DNA of 52,604 bases from a virus (lineage: Duplodnaviria; Caudoviricetes), in IMG/VR virus record IMGVR_UViG_3300030098_002800, positions 1-52,604 of that record. One strand, written 5' to 3'. The notes beneath the pieces were generated by a model, which had not been told where the DNA came from, did no database searches, and saw only the letters and a program-made list of their open reading frames with translations. The translations under genes were made by a program, and so were the position numbers. This document shows positions 11,281 through 20,639 of the stretch, piece by piece; within the stretch, counting starts at the first letter, position 1; every line of letters begins with the position of its first letter.

Positions 11281-12117
11281 TTATTCTTCCCAGGATATAG
11301 TTTTATTTTTTACATATTCATTTAATTGTTCTAGATCTATATGCCTTAAAGCATCGTCTAATTTACTATGTTTTACTAATTTTACAGAATCTTTTTGCTC
11401 TTCAATTGCTTTATTGTAATCAGCAATCGCATCGGATGCTTCATGGTATTTTGGATCTTTATCAATTTTATTCATATCTTTATATGTTTGATCTATTTTA
11501 GTTTCTATATCTTTAATAAAGTCAGGATATCCAATGCCTGGATAATTTGGATTTGTTGATGCTAACCCCCATGTTTCTATTTTATCTGTACCTTCTTCTC
11601 TAAACCAGTCAACCCATCCAGCCCCTATTTGTGTGCTAAGGGCAATAAAGGCTGTAACAGGATTTTCCCAAGGGCTTCTAGTTTCAGGATTTTCTACATA
11701 AGACTTTACAGCTGTTCTGTGTTGATCTATAAGATTTCTTCTCCGATCCTTAATGCTTTTAACTTTTTCATTTCTTTCTTCTATTAAGGCTATATCTTCC
11801 TCGCTAAAAGAAGAATCTATTTTGTCTTGCAAGTCATCTATTTCACTAAAGCGTTTTAAAAGGATTGCATTAGAAACTTGAGGATGAAATTCATAACCAG
11901 TTACTGAAGGAGTATCCATTAAATCCTCAAACATAACTTTATTAAAATGAGATCTTACGCTTGGATCATCTAAGACTTTCTTAAAATTATAATTACTGTT
12001 ATACATTTTTTGATACCATTCCCATTTTTCATCATAAGTATCAAATTTAGATAGATTTTTATCTAGAAGTTTTATAGCTTTTTCTTTATTTAAATTACTC
12101 ATTAATTTTGCAACCAA
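11281..12117 (-). CDS. Putative internal virion protein
   Basis: 278-aa helical ORF directly upstream of the giant gene; function from position only. Confidence 0.55.
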   Translation of the reverse strand: MVAKLMSNLNKEKAIKLLDKNLSKFDTYDEKWEWYQKMYNSNYNFKKVLDDPSVRSHFNKVMFEDLMDTPSVTGYEFHPQVSNAILLKRFSEIDDLQDKIDSSFSEEDIALIEERNEKVKSIKDRRRNLIDQHRTAVKSYVENPETRSPWENPVTAFIALSTQIGAGWVDWFREEGTDKIETWGLASTNPNYPGIGYPDFIKDIETKIDQTYKDMNKIDKDPKYHEASDAIADYNKAIEEQKDSVKLVKHSKLDDALRHIDLEQLNEYVKNKTISWEE

Positions 12118-13637
12118 GCTTTATCATCATTCAGCCATTCTAATTTACTTTCATACCCCTTTGCTTTTAACTCACTTTCAAGAGTTCCTTCAGATTCTTT
12201 ATAAGCAAGCATATCTTCTCTTTCCTCCATACTCATTAATTCAAACTCTCCTGGCTCCATATTTAGGTTTTCAGCTATTTCAATCCACCAATCAGGATAA
12301 GCTTCAGCTCCAAATAAATTCTTCCATTCATCTGGATTTTCATTATTTCCTGAATTATCTTCAGGGCTTATAAGGGGAGCTAAGTCAGCTTCTATAATAT
12401 GCTTACTCATACCTTCCATATTCTTATAAAATTCTTGAATATCTAAATTAGTCCCATTGTATTTTTTATGCAGTTCATTTATTTTATCAGCTTTATTTTG
12501 ATCTCCTGCTTGTATCGCTGTATTCCAAGCTTTGTATGATTGTTCTACTTGTTCAAAATAATCTCCAAAGTCACCTGTTGTTGCAGCTGTTTTTCCTTGG
12601 GCTGTAAATACACCGATCTTATAAGTCTCATAAAATTTCATTAAAGCTTGTTTAGCTTTAGGGCTCATTCCACTTAAATCCCCATATTGTATACCATATC
12701 TCATAAGTGCATACTCAGATGCAATGGCTAATTTTTTATTATCAATTATGGTTGAGATTTCTTGAACATCTTGATTGTTGGTTATCATTGTATTTTTCAG
12801 ATCTTCATCTTTAAATATTTGACCTATTCCAGTATTTGCCATAGAAACATTTACTTTGTTACCAAGGAAATTTTTAGTCTGCCTTACTGCATTGTTTAAA
12901 GATTTATCTCCACCACCTTTCATATAGTTTATTCTTGCTTCTTTGTACTCCTTATCAAGAACAGTAGTTTGCAATTCTTCTAATTGTTTATTTATAGCTC
13001 CACTCGCTCTATCAAAATAACTTTCAACCCAAGGCTTAGCATCACCATGTATTTCTTCAAATGCTTCTAACCCTAAGTCTGCAGCATCCCATGCTTCAGG
13101 ATCTGTACCACCTGCCATTCCTGCACCACCTTGCATTATTGCAGTTGCTTTGGCTATATCTTCATATAAAGCCCCTTCAAGTAAATCTATTTTATTTTTT
13201 ATAGCCCTAGTTTTATCATTATTAAATTGTATTCGATCTTCAATGTCACTCATATCCCCTTCATAACTAGTATCTAATATTTCAAGAGAATTATTACTGG
13301 TTTTATATAAATCTTGCAATCCTCCAAGGCCACCTGTAGTTTTATGAAATTCAGTTTCTAATCTATCTAATGATGCTTGAGCCTCATCCTGATCGTCTTC
13401 ACTTTCTTTTAACAGATCGTACCCAAGCTGAATCTTTAACTTACGCTCCATAATATCCTGATCGTATTGCTGCTTTTCTTTTAGAAGCCTTTCTTCTCTT
13501 GCCCATGTTTCTTTTCTTATTCTATCTTCCCTTCCTGTACGAGCTCCTAATTCTGCATACCTTAAAAGAAGATCAGGAAGTTCATCCCAAAATTCTGACA
13601 TTGCTGATTTTTCTATTGTCCAATTTACTTTAGCCAT
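12102..13637 (-). CDS. Putative internal virion/ejection protein
   Basis: 511 aa, coiled-coil rich, AGGAG RBS; position after the tail nozzle gene. Confidence 0.6.
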   Translation of the reverse strand: MAKVNWTIEKSAMSEFWDELPDLLLRYAELGARTGREDRIRKETWAREERLLKEKQQYDQDIMERKLKIQLGYDLLKESEDDQDEAQASLDRLETEFHKTTGGLGGLQDLYKTSNNSLEILDTSYEGDMSDIEDRIQFNNDKTRAIKNKIDLLEGALYEDIAKATAIMQGGAGMAGGTDPEAWDAADLGLEAFEEIHGDAKPWVESYFDRASGAINKQLEELQTTVLDKEYKEARINYMKGGGDKSLNNAVRQTKNFLGNKVNVSMANTGIGQIFKDEDLKNTMITNNQDVQEISTIIDNKKLAIASEYALMRYGIQYGDLSGMSPKAKQALMKFYETYKIGVFTAQGKTAATTGDFGDYFEQVEQSYKAWNTAIQAGDQNKADKINELHKKYNGTNLDIQEFYKNMEGMSKHIIEADLAPLISPEDNSGNNENPDEWKNLFGAEAYPDWWIEIAENLNMEPGEFELMSMEEREDMLAYKESEGTLESELKAKGYESKLEWLNDDKAWLQN

Positions 13638-13645
13638 ATAATCTC

Positions 13646-14272
13646 CTAGGTGTAGCTAGATCCACTATCTTTTATTTTCATTGGCTTTCCTCCATACAAT
13701 AAAGAAAAAGCCCCCATATCTCTTGCATTAAGCATTTTTTGTGTGGGTAATGCTCCACCCATTTTAAATACATTATTACCTAAATCAGTAACATATCCTT
13801 TAGTACCATCATCATCTAAAAGCATTCCAGTTGTTCGGTCTTTAAAAGGTTTATCATCTACATACATTATATCTCCATAAACATATGCATTACTTGGTAT
13901 TCTTTCTTTTGTTTTAATGTAAGCATTCATAACTCTTTTATAGTCAAGTGGGTCTGTATTAGACATTGTTAAATCTACCAAGACATTATTCTTTACCAAG
14001 GATTCATTTAGATTCGCTAAAAATATTTCTTCCATTCTTTCAGATGCTTGGTCATCAATGTTTGGATTTACTAATAATATATCTATATCATTAGTTGCTC
14101 TTTCAGGGAAAGATCCCCATAGATATGCATCATAATCTTTAACAAGGTCTGAGTTTAAAAAGCTTCTAGCCCATCCTTTGTAATAATCTACATTAGGATA
14201 TCTTCTATTTACACTTTCATTGAAATTTCCTAACCTTACATTGTTAAACTTTCTAGCTTTTTCTATAGCCAT
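13646..14272 (-). CDS. Pol-beta superfamily nucleotidyltransferase-like protein
   Basis: YLWGSFPERATNDIDILL fits the hGS...DxD motif; a candidate third acidic residue in VLVDL. Confidence 0.6.
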   Translation of the reverse strand: MAIEKARKFNNVRLGNFNESVNRRYPNVDYYKGWARSFLNSDLVKDYDAYLWGSFPERATNDIDILLVNPNIDDQASERMEEIFLANLNESLVKNNVLVDLTMSNTDPLDYKRVMNAYIKTKERIPSNAYVYGDIMYVDDKPFKDRTTGMLLDDDGTKGYVTDLGNNVFKMGGALPTQKMLNARDMGAFSLLYGGKPMKIKDSGSSYT

Positions 14273-14295
14273 AACTATTTAAATCCTTTTGTATT

Positions 14296-15021
14296 TTAAA
14301 TTGACGGACCATCTGCGTGTTGATCTTGATAATCATAATCATCTTGCTCATAAAAATCATCTTGACCAGTATCATATACGTCATGAATTTCTTCTTCTTG
14401 AGTAAAATCATCAGTATCTCCTGGGGTAGGTTGATATGCTATTGAGGCAGAACCTCCACCATCACCATCACCCCCATCTAATACTGTTCCTTGACCAAAA
14501 CCTTCAAAATCAAGTGCTTCCATTGCAGATAAACTTTTATATAATTCAGAAACATAATCTTCTCTAACGCCAGCAATATCAGTTTCAAGTTTATCAGCTC
14601 TAGATATAATTGAACGATCTAATTGCGATTGCACTCTTCTTCTTGCCTTTGCTTTTGAGTAGGTGGTATCTCCAACTAATCCTGAAGTTATATTCTGCTT
14701 ATAGGCATCTGTAGAAAAACTCATCCATGCATCTGATGCTTGTCCAGATAAAGAAGCTATTCCACCTTGATATGCTTTGCCTAATCCAATTTCGTCAGAA
14801 GGATCATATGGCCTTAAATATCCAGCAGCTTGACTTAAATCATCTTGTGTTCCTGAAAATCCTAGCCAATTAATCATTTCTGAACCAGTTCCTTCATAAC
14901 TTATAACATCCCATGCAGATGGACCTTGGTCTGTACCTTGCCACCACTCTTGCCCACCATAAGGATCTGTAGGATCAGGTGGTGCATATCCACCTCCACC
15001 GCCTGGTTGATCTCCATTCAT
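14296..15021 (-). CDS. Acidic, Gly-rich putative ejection protein
   Basis: 241 aa with low-complexity acidic termini; located in the ejection cluster. Confidence 0.55.
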   Translation of the reverse strand: MNGDQPGGGGGYAPPDPTDPYGGQEWWQGTDQGPSAWDVISYEGTGSEMINWLGFSGTQDDLSQAAGYLRPYDPSDEIGLGKAYQGGIASLSGQASDAWMSFSTDAYKQNITSGLVGDTTYSKAKARRRVQSQLDRSIISRADKLETDIAGVREDYVSELYKSLSAMEALDFEGFGQGTVLDGGDGDGGGSASIAYQPTPGDTDDFTQEEEIHDVYDTGQDDFYEQDDYDYQDQHADGPSI

Positions 15022-15023
15022 TA

Positions 15024-15746
15024 TTAACCTCCTTCTACTATTTCAGTTGGAACTTTAAAATCAGGAACAAAGCCATGACTCCATGTATATGCTCCTTCAC
15101 CTATAGCATCATATAAAACTGGAGAATCTGCTACTGTTGTAAATTCAGGATAAGCTAAATTTGGGTCATAAGAAACAGAAGCTCCAGCTTCACCTACAAT
15201 AGATGCAGGGGTATCTCCTCCAAACCATTTGTTATAAGGGTTTCCACCAAAAGCAAACGTAGACAAACCTCCTTTAAATCCACTCATAAGGGCTTGATTT
15301 GCATACATTTTTTCAATATCCAATTCAGCTTGGTCGCCTGCCTCTTCTATGTCTTCAATAGATTCTATAAGTTCTTTTGAGCCTTCTCTAGCCCAAAAGT
15401 AATCACTTTTATCTACTTTGTCTTCCCAGCCTTCCAAGCCTTCAACATCGCCATAGAAATAATCAGCGGCACCTGCTCCAGCATAATACCCTAATCCTGC
15501 TCCAGCAAAAGATGCTGCACTTTGAACTAAAAGGCTTGAACCTGCAGTAAAATAAGCTGCAGCAAGAGTTCCTATTATACTTCCTATAGATCCCCACATG
15601 CTAGTTGATTCTTGCTTTTCACTGTATTCCCGCTGCATTCTTTCAGCTTCATCTTTTACATATTGAGTATCTTCTTTAAGATCTAAATATTCCTGCTCTG
15701 CATCTTCTTTCATCATTAAGGAATAATAATCAAATCCATTTGCCAT
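15024..15746 (-). CDS. Putative ejection (pilot) protein with membrane-interacting segment
   Basis: Hydrophobic Gly/Ala stretch WGSIGSIIGTLAAAYFTAG...AGAGLGYYAG, as in podovirus small ejection proteins. Confidence 0.6.
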   Translation of the reverse strand: MANGFDYYSLMMKEDAEQEYLDLKEDTQYVKDEAERMQREYSEKQESTSMWGSIGSIIGTLAAAYFTAGSSLLVQSAASFAGAGLGYYAGAGAADYFYGDVEGLEGWEDKVDKSDYFWAREGSKELIESIEDIEEAGDQAELDIEKMYANQALMSGFKGGLSTFAFGGNPYNKWFGGDTPASIVGEAGASVSYDPNLAYPEFTTVADSPVLYDAIGEGAYTWSHGFVPDFKVPTEIVEGG

Positions 15747-15760
15747 AATCTACCTCTTTG

Positions 15761-16108
15761 TTATTTTATCCCATTCTGGGCTAACTTTTCTATAATATCT
15801 GATATTATATTTTTTAATTCATTTGATAAGGTTATATTGCTAGCATCATCACTAGCATCTGCACTTACAGGCTTAGTTAAAGTTCTGTATCCAGCACCCC
15901 CAACACTACTTCTAGGTGTACCTTTTTTAGCCTTAGAAAGCTTTGTTTTGTACAAATCTTGCCCTAATCTAGTATATAAATATACGGAACCTCCTTCAGA
16001 AGTCAAAACTAAATCTCCTTCCAATACTTCAGTTATTGCTGGAAATTGATATTTTAATGCCATTTTATTTTGCTTTCTATTTAAAAGCCTTCTTACTTCA
16101 GGATCCAT
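15761..16108 (-). CDS. Hypothetical virion-associated protein
   Basis: 115 aa, translationally coupled to the nozzle gene. Confidence 0.6.
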   Translation of the reverse strand: MDPEVRRLLNRKQNKMALKYQFPAITEVLEGDLVLTSEGGSVYLYTRLGQDLYKTKLSKAKKGTPRSSVGGAGYRTLTKPVSADASDDASNITLSNELKNIISDIIEKLAQNGIK

Positions 16109-18636
16109 TATATAACTCCTTTTTCTCTAAAGATAATTGAAATATCATTTAAAGCCCAATTATCATCTACTGCTCTAGTAAAACTTGTAGCTGTTGATGA
16201 TATATAAGATTTAATAAAAAGTTGTATTGTATATACATTATTAAAATTAATAGTTTGATTTTCAACATCTGTAGATGGAACTTCAAATTCCTTGGTAACA
16301 AAATCATGAGTACCTGCTGTGTTGCCTTCTCCATTTAAATCACCTAAATAGCAATAATTACTTAACTCACCTTCTCCCCCTCCACCATAAGCATTCTTTT
16401 GTGTTATCTTGCAAAACAATCCTGGAGCAGCAGATGTTGTTTCACTTCCAAATACAGATGCAACCACTTTATAAATCTTTTTTCTTCTTGCTGCTTGACC
16501 TAAATCTGTTTCTTTTAGAGCTACATTAAATGTCCCAGCAGTGCAAGTAGCACTATTGTGATTATTGTAAGTATGAAATTCAACTCCAGATCCATCAGCC
16601 TGTCCTTGCTTTAGGAGTAAATCGCTTGCACCTGTAACGCAAAAATGAGATATAGCCTTAGATGCATTTAAATAATGATCTGCATATTCTACCACTATAT
16701 CGCTTCCAGATGTCCAAGCTCCTATACTAAAATCAAATACCATATATCTTTGCTGATTTCTAGTGCCAGATCCTGTAACAGCAGATCCATCATTAACTAC
16801 AACAGCATGTCTATTGTCTTGAGAGTATCCAATAAATGGATAGGATTTAGTAGACCCATGTCTTAGTCCCATCCATCCATTAAACCAGCTTCTACTTATT
16901 ACTCTTTTGCCCTGCTTAGTAAACATGTCAATTACATTCTTACCATCATAAAAATAAATTCCAGTATAATTTATCCACATTATACCACCATCTACATTTG
17001 CTACTGAATGTTTCCATGGGACACCCCTAGATAAATGTTTTGATTCTAATATATCTTGGTTAGGATCAGCGATGTTAATTATATGCAATGTATGTTCTTT
17101 AAAGATTAAAAGCCTATCAGCATATTCAGCTAAAGCAGTTATAGTTTCACCATCATTTATTGCAGATCTTAATCTTCTATGTTCTGTAAAAGTATCATAT
17201 CTACCAGGAAAAGATTTATAGACAGAATCTCTTTCAACTATATAACCTCCATGTGATCTTAGTATTCTACAATTGCCAACAAAAGCCATATTATTAGCAA
17301 CAACACTACATCCCCATTGAACAGTAAGGCTTCCAAAATCTTGCCCCGTAGAAGGATTCACCCCTAAATGCAATGCTTCTGATTCATAAGTAGATACAAG
17401 ATTTGGGAATAATTTATACCCTGTCATGCATACCATAGTATCTCCTGCGGCAACAGAACCTCCTGTACCTTCATGATCCCATTTTGTTATTGTTCCAGCT
17501 GTATCTTCAAGAACACCATCAGCTAAACTTATTATTGATTGTAAATACCAAGCATCCATACCAGGTTCATCTGTAACTGTAGCAGTAGAACCTCCATCTT
17601 TCTTCATGTATACTTTAATTCCAGTTATCCTTCCATCTAGCTTATCGGCACTATTAGCATTTATTCTAGTTTCAATTCTTATTTTTTCATCAGCAGGTAT
17701 AGTAAGATAGTCAACATCTCCTGAATCTTTTAAATAATGCAATAAGGATTCTTGAGACTCATCATAAACAAAACTTACTGCAATTCTCCAATTCCCAGTC
17801 CATAGGTTTGCAGCTCCTGTCTCAGCCCCACTGCTATGTCTTCCTAAAGTAACAGCTATATCTCCTGTAGTCCTTGAAGGGGATCCAGCTCCATCATTTA
17901 TAGCATTTATAAAACTTGATGTAGCACTAGCTTGAACGTCTATTATATCCATTCTATTGTGTCCAACTGGATCACTAGATTGCTTAGCATGATAAGAAGC
18001 AGGACTTTTTATTTCAGCATCTTTAATAGCCCACTCATAATTATTGTAAGATGAATTTAACCCTGACCCATTCCAATAAAAATGAGAATTTCTATGGTAA
18101 CCTATCCACTTAGGCAATGCTTGGCTTACTCTTCCAACAGCAGTTTTATTTTCTAGATTTCCATCGTGAACCCTAACAGTACCATTTGCAATATAAAAAT
18201 CATGAAAAGCATTTCCATTTAATGTTTCGCCACTATCCGTAGTAGTGGTCAAATCTTCCCATGCAGATCCAGATTGACCATCATCTTGTAAGATTTTTAT
18301 AGTGCCATCAGAAGGATTGGATGATAATAAATAATCAGTAGCACTTTCTGTTGTAGAAGCATCTCCATCAGCTCCTTGATAGTCATGCCTGAAAGAAAAT
18401 AATTGAGTACCCCAATCTGTTGCTACGAAATTTGTAGTATCATCTGGATAGTCATTATTGCCTTGATACCTTCTTAAAGAACTATTAGAATAGATAGTCT
18501 TTCCTACCTTTAATTGACCTATGGTTCCCACATCAGTATTTTGTGCTGCAGCTAGTTCATTATTTTCAATATCTCTAGGATCAGAGTTATTATTTAATCC
18601 ACCTTCGAATCTATTTATTTGATGTATTTTCTTCAT
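16108..18636 (-). CDS. Tail nozzle / stabilisation protein (P22 gp10 / T7 gp12-like)
   Basis: 842 aa, beta-rich. N-terminal FEGGLN..SDPRDI..NE and propeller-like motifs (GETITAL...LLIFKE, GIYFYDG). Confidence 0.75.
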   Translation of the reverse strand: MKKIHQINRFEGGLNNNSDPRDIENNELAAAQNTDVGTIGQLKVGKTIYSNSSLRRYQGNNDYPDDTTNFVATDWGTQLFSFRHDYQGADGDASTTESATDYLLSSNPSDGTIKILQDDGQSGSAWEDLTTTTDSGETLNGNAFHDFYIANGTVRVHDGNLENKTAVGRVSQALPKWIGYHRNSHFYWNGSGLNSSYNNYEWAIKDAEIKSPASYHAKQSSDPVGHNRMDIIDVQASATSSFINAINDGAGSPSRTTGDIAVTLGRHSSGAETGAANLWTGNWRIAVSFVYDESQESLLHYLKDSGDVDYLTIPADEKIRIETRINANSADKLDGRITGIKVYMKKDGGSTATVTDEPGMDAWYLQSIISLADGVLEDTAGTITKWDHEGTGGSVAAGDTMVCMTGYKLFPNLVSTYESEALHLGVNPSTGQDFGSLTVQWGCSVVANNMAFVGNCRILRSHGGYIVERDSVYKSFPGRYDTFTEHRRLRSAINDGETITALAEYADRLLIFKEHTLHIINIADPNQDILESKHLSRGVPWKHSVANVDGGIMWINYTGIYFYDGKNVIDMFTKQGKRVISRSWFNGWMGLRHGSTKSYPFIGYSQDNRHAVVVNDGSAVTGSGTRNQQRYMVFDFSIGAWTSGSDIVVEYADHYLNASKAISHFCVTGASDLLLKQGQADGSGVEFHTYNNHNSATCTAGTFNVALKETDLGQAARRKKIYKVVASVFGSETTSAAPGLFCKITQKNAYGGGGEGELSNYCYLGDLNGEGNTAGTHDFVTKEFEVPSTDVENQTINFNNVYTIQLFIKSYISSTATSFTRAVDDNWALNDISIIFREKGVI

Positions 18637-18646
18637 TTATCCTTTT

Positions 18647-18731
18647 TATTGGGAGAATAGTATACCACGAAGGAGTTTCCGTAGGTCGACTGAGCGAAGC
18701 GAGGAGCGTATGTAGAACTACTCTCCCAATA
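18647..18731 (-). ncRNA. Stem-enclosed structured intergenic element
   Basis: TATTGGGAGAATAG (18647-18660) pairs with CTACTCTCCCAATA (18718-18731) around a GC-rich 57-nt interior. Confidence 0.45.
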
Positions 18732-18745
18732 TTTATTTTTATCCA

Positions 18746-18955
18746 TTAAAGTTTTTCTAATATAGTTTCTTTTACAACATCCTCAACAGAGCTATATAAT
18801 GCATCAATTATCTTTGCTTCTGTTGACTCTCCTATGAATGGGACATCTACGTTGTCGTTGATAGCTTTGCAAACTTTCGCTTTTAATTCTTGATCGAATA
18901 TTGCATCGACAATTATTTGTTTGTTTTCTTTCAATATATTCTGAATAAGATTCAT
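18746..18955 (-). CDS. Hypothetical protein
   Basis: 69 aa, AGGAG RBS. Confidence 0.7.
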   Translation of the reverse strand: MNLIQNILKENKQIIVDAIFDQELKAKVCKAINDNVDVPFIGESTEAKIIDALYSSVEDVVKETILEKL

Positions 18956-19060
18956 TCTTTTTCTCCTTGTGTTTGTGGTCTACTTTACAATAGTTCGGAC
19001 AAGAGTATTCGTTCATATTCGGACCACCTCTTTCCAGATACCCAAATATGAAGACGATTA

Positions 19061-19291
19061 TTACTCCACAGATTCCTCCCCACATTCTTCAACCTTACAT
19101 TTACAGTTATTACACACCACAAAGTCCCTCTTTGGATGTGCCATTTTTTCTATTAAATTCAATCTTTTCTCCATTGATTCAACTTTATAGTCCAATTCAT
19201 TGTCATTTTCTACATATGATAGCACCTTGTCTAGCTTAAATTGCTTAGCTACCATGCTGATTACTTTATTTATTAATATACCTTGTAACAT
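19061..19291 (-). CDS. Hypothetical protein
   Basis: 76 aa, coupled to the upstream stop (TAATG). Confidence 0.65.
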   Translation of the reverse strand: MLQGILINKVISMVAKQFKLDKVLSYVENDNELDYKVESMEKRLNLIEKMAHPKRDFVVCNNCKCKVEECGEESVE

Positions 19292-19407
19292 TAGTATTTC
19301 TTTTTAGGTGCCTTTTTGATTGCTTTCTTTTTCATTGGTTTTTTGGCTACTCTCTTTTTTGCTGGTCTTCCAACTTTACTTCCATATGTTCCTTTTCCTT
19401 TTGGCAT
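19291..19407 (-). CDS. 38-aa Lys-rich peptide with AT-hook-like GRP motif
   Basis: Not in the ORF track. MPKGKGTYGSKVGRPAKKRVAKKPMKKKAIKKAPKKKY; AAGGAG RBS; fills the gap between neighbours. Confidence 0.8.
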   Translation of the reverse strand: MPKGKGTYGSKVGRPAKKRVAKKPMKKKAIKKAPKKKY

Positions 19408-19418
19408 AACTTCTCCTT

Positions 19419-19688
19419 TTATTTATCTTTATATTCCCTTTTAAAGAGCTTTTTTAATATATGCTCTATACCCTCAACATAACCCTTAAGTGCTTGAAAA
19501 TCTAGCTGTGTGGCCTTTATTTGATCAATTAGCTTTATAACTATACCCTCAAGTCGTTTAAATCTCTCATCTAACTCTTCCATTAGTTCGTCTTGTATAA
19601 ACTGATTTTGCTTCCAGATAAAATATCCGAAAGCCGCAGCAACTGTCAAAGGGATTCCAAATTGTTCTAAAAAAGCTATAGGTTCCAT
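19419..19688 (-). CDS. Holin-like single-TM protein
   Basis: N-terminal TM (QFGIPLTVAAAFGYFIW) plus coiled coil; BhlA-like architecture. Confidence 0.55.
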   Translation of the reverse strand: MEPIAFLEQFGIPLTVAAAFGYFIWKQNQFIQDELMEELDERFKRLEGIVIKLIDQIKATQLDFQALKGYVEGIEHILKKLFKREYKDK

Positions 19689-20473
19689 TATTTACTACCA
19701 TTTATTAACTCACCCCAAAGAGATGTCTTGCCCTTTATTATTTGTATTATATGCACAGTAAACATACCCCCTTTATAAAAATCCACTATTGCAAATGCAT
19801 GTGCCCAATTTATATTCCTATTATGCAACCATTCATTAGAGTTTGGTCCCATATCTTTTAAGCATCCAATACTCCATGCTGCTTTAGGTCCATCTACATG
19901 AGTAGCTGTTATATGCTGCAAGTCATGCCAGTGCCCATACATTACATTGCATCCCATCTTTCTTATGTGGTTTGCAGCATGATATTGTCCTCCATATTGA
20001 TGCCCATGGTAAAAATAAAGTTTCCCCATTTTAAGGTGTTTCCCAAAGGGATAATAATTATAACCTCTACCATCAAGATCAACTGCTTTGGCAAATTTGT
20101 ACTGAGGAATATAAGGATATTTTTGAACTGCATAATTTAACCAATTGTCATGATTCCCTTCTGTTATATATTTCTCTTTACAATTTACTTTATCTAAAGC
20201 TTCATCTACTTGATCCATTCCTTTATTTACATCCCTAACATCTTTATTAAAGTCATCAATCAAATACTCAAGTGGTGGTGCTTTCTTTCTTTTAAATCTC
20301 CATGCTGAAAACGCATGCCATTCTCCAACGTCCCCTAAATCTACATAAGCATCTGGCTTTACTATTGCTATTGTTTTCTTTAAGCAGTTTATAGCTTTTT
20401 GATCATGCAAAGGGAAGTGCTTATCAGGTGTTACTATTACTCGCTTTACAACTCCTTTATCCTGTTTAGGCAT
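19688..20473 (-). CDS. Calcineurin-like metallophosphoesterase
   Basis: DxH (PDKH), GD (LGD), GNHD, HG and GHWH motifs in canonical order. Confidence 0.85.
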   Translation of the reverse strand: MPKQDKGVVKRVIVTPDKHFPLHDQKAINCLKKTIAIVKPDAYVDLGDVGEWHAFSAWRFKRKKAPPLEYLIDDFNKDVRDVNKGMDQVDEALDKVNCKEKYITEGNHDNWLNYAVQKYPYIPQYKFAKAVDLDGRGYNYYPFGKHLKMGKLYFYHGHQYGGQYHAANHIRKMGCNVMYGHWHDLQHITATHVDGPKAAWSIGCLKDMGPNSNEWLHNRNINWAHAFAIVDFYKGGMFTVHIIQIIKGKTSLWGELINGSK

Positions 20474-20488
20474 ATAACCTCTTTTTTA

Positions 20489-20632
20489 TTATAATTCTTT
20501 GTATATTTTTATTAACATATATACTAATGTAGCTAGTGCACCCAATGCACTTAACATAGGAGGCAATATTTCCATCCAACTAGCCATCGAACCTCCAATA
20601 CCAACTGTTACTGTTTTTAAAGTATCTTCCAT
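20489..20632 (-). CDS. 47-aa hydrophobic membrane protein (holin candidate)
   Basis: Not in the ORF track. MEDTLKTVTVGIGGSMASWMEILPPMLSALGALATLVYMLIKIYKEL; AGGAG RBS. Confidence 0.7.
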   Translation of the reverse strand: MEDTLKTVTVGIGGSMASWMEILPPMLSALGALATLVYMLIKIYKEL

Positions 20633-20639
20633 TTTTCTC

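Noticed and set aside
18804-19085. 93-aa minus-strand ORF overlapping 18746-18955
   Set aside because: Its 3' half overlaps a better-supported gene in another frame. The 5' part might be a short real gene, but I cannot support it.
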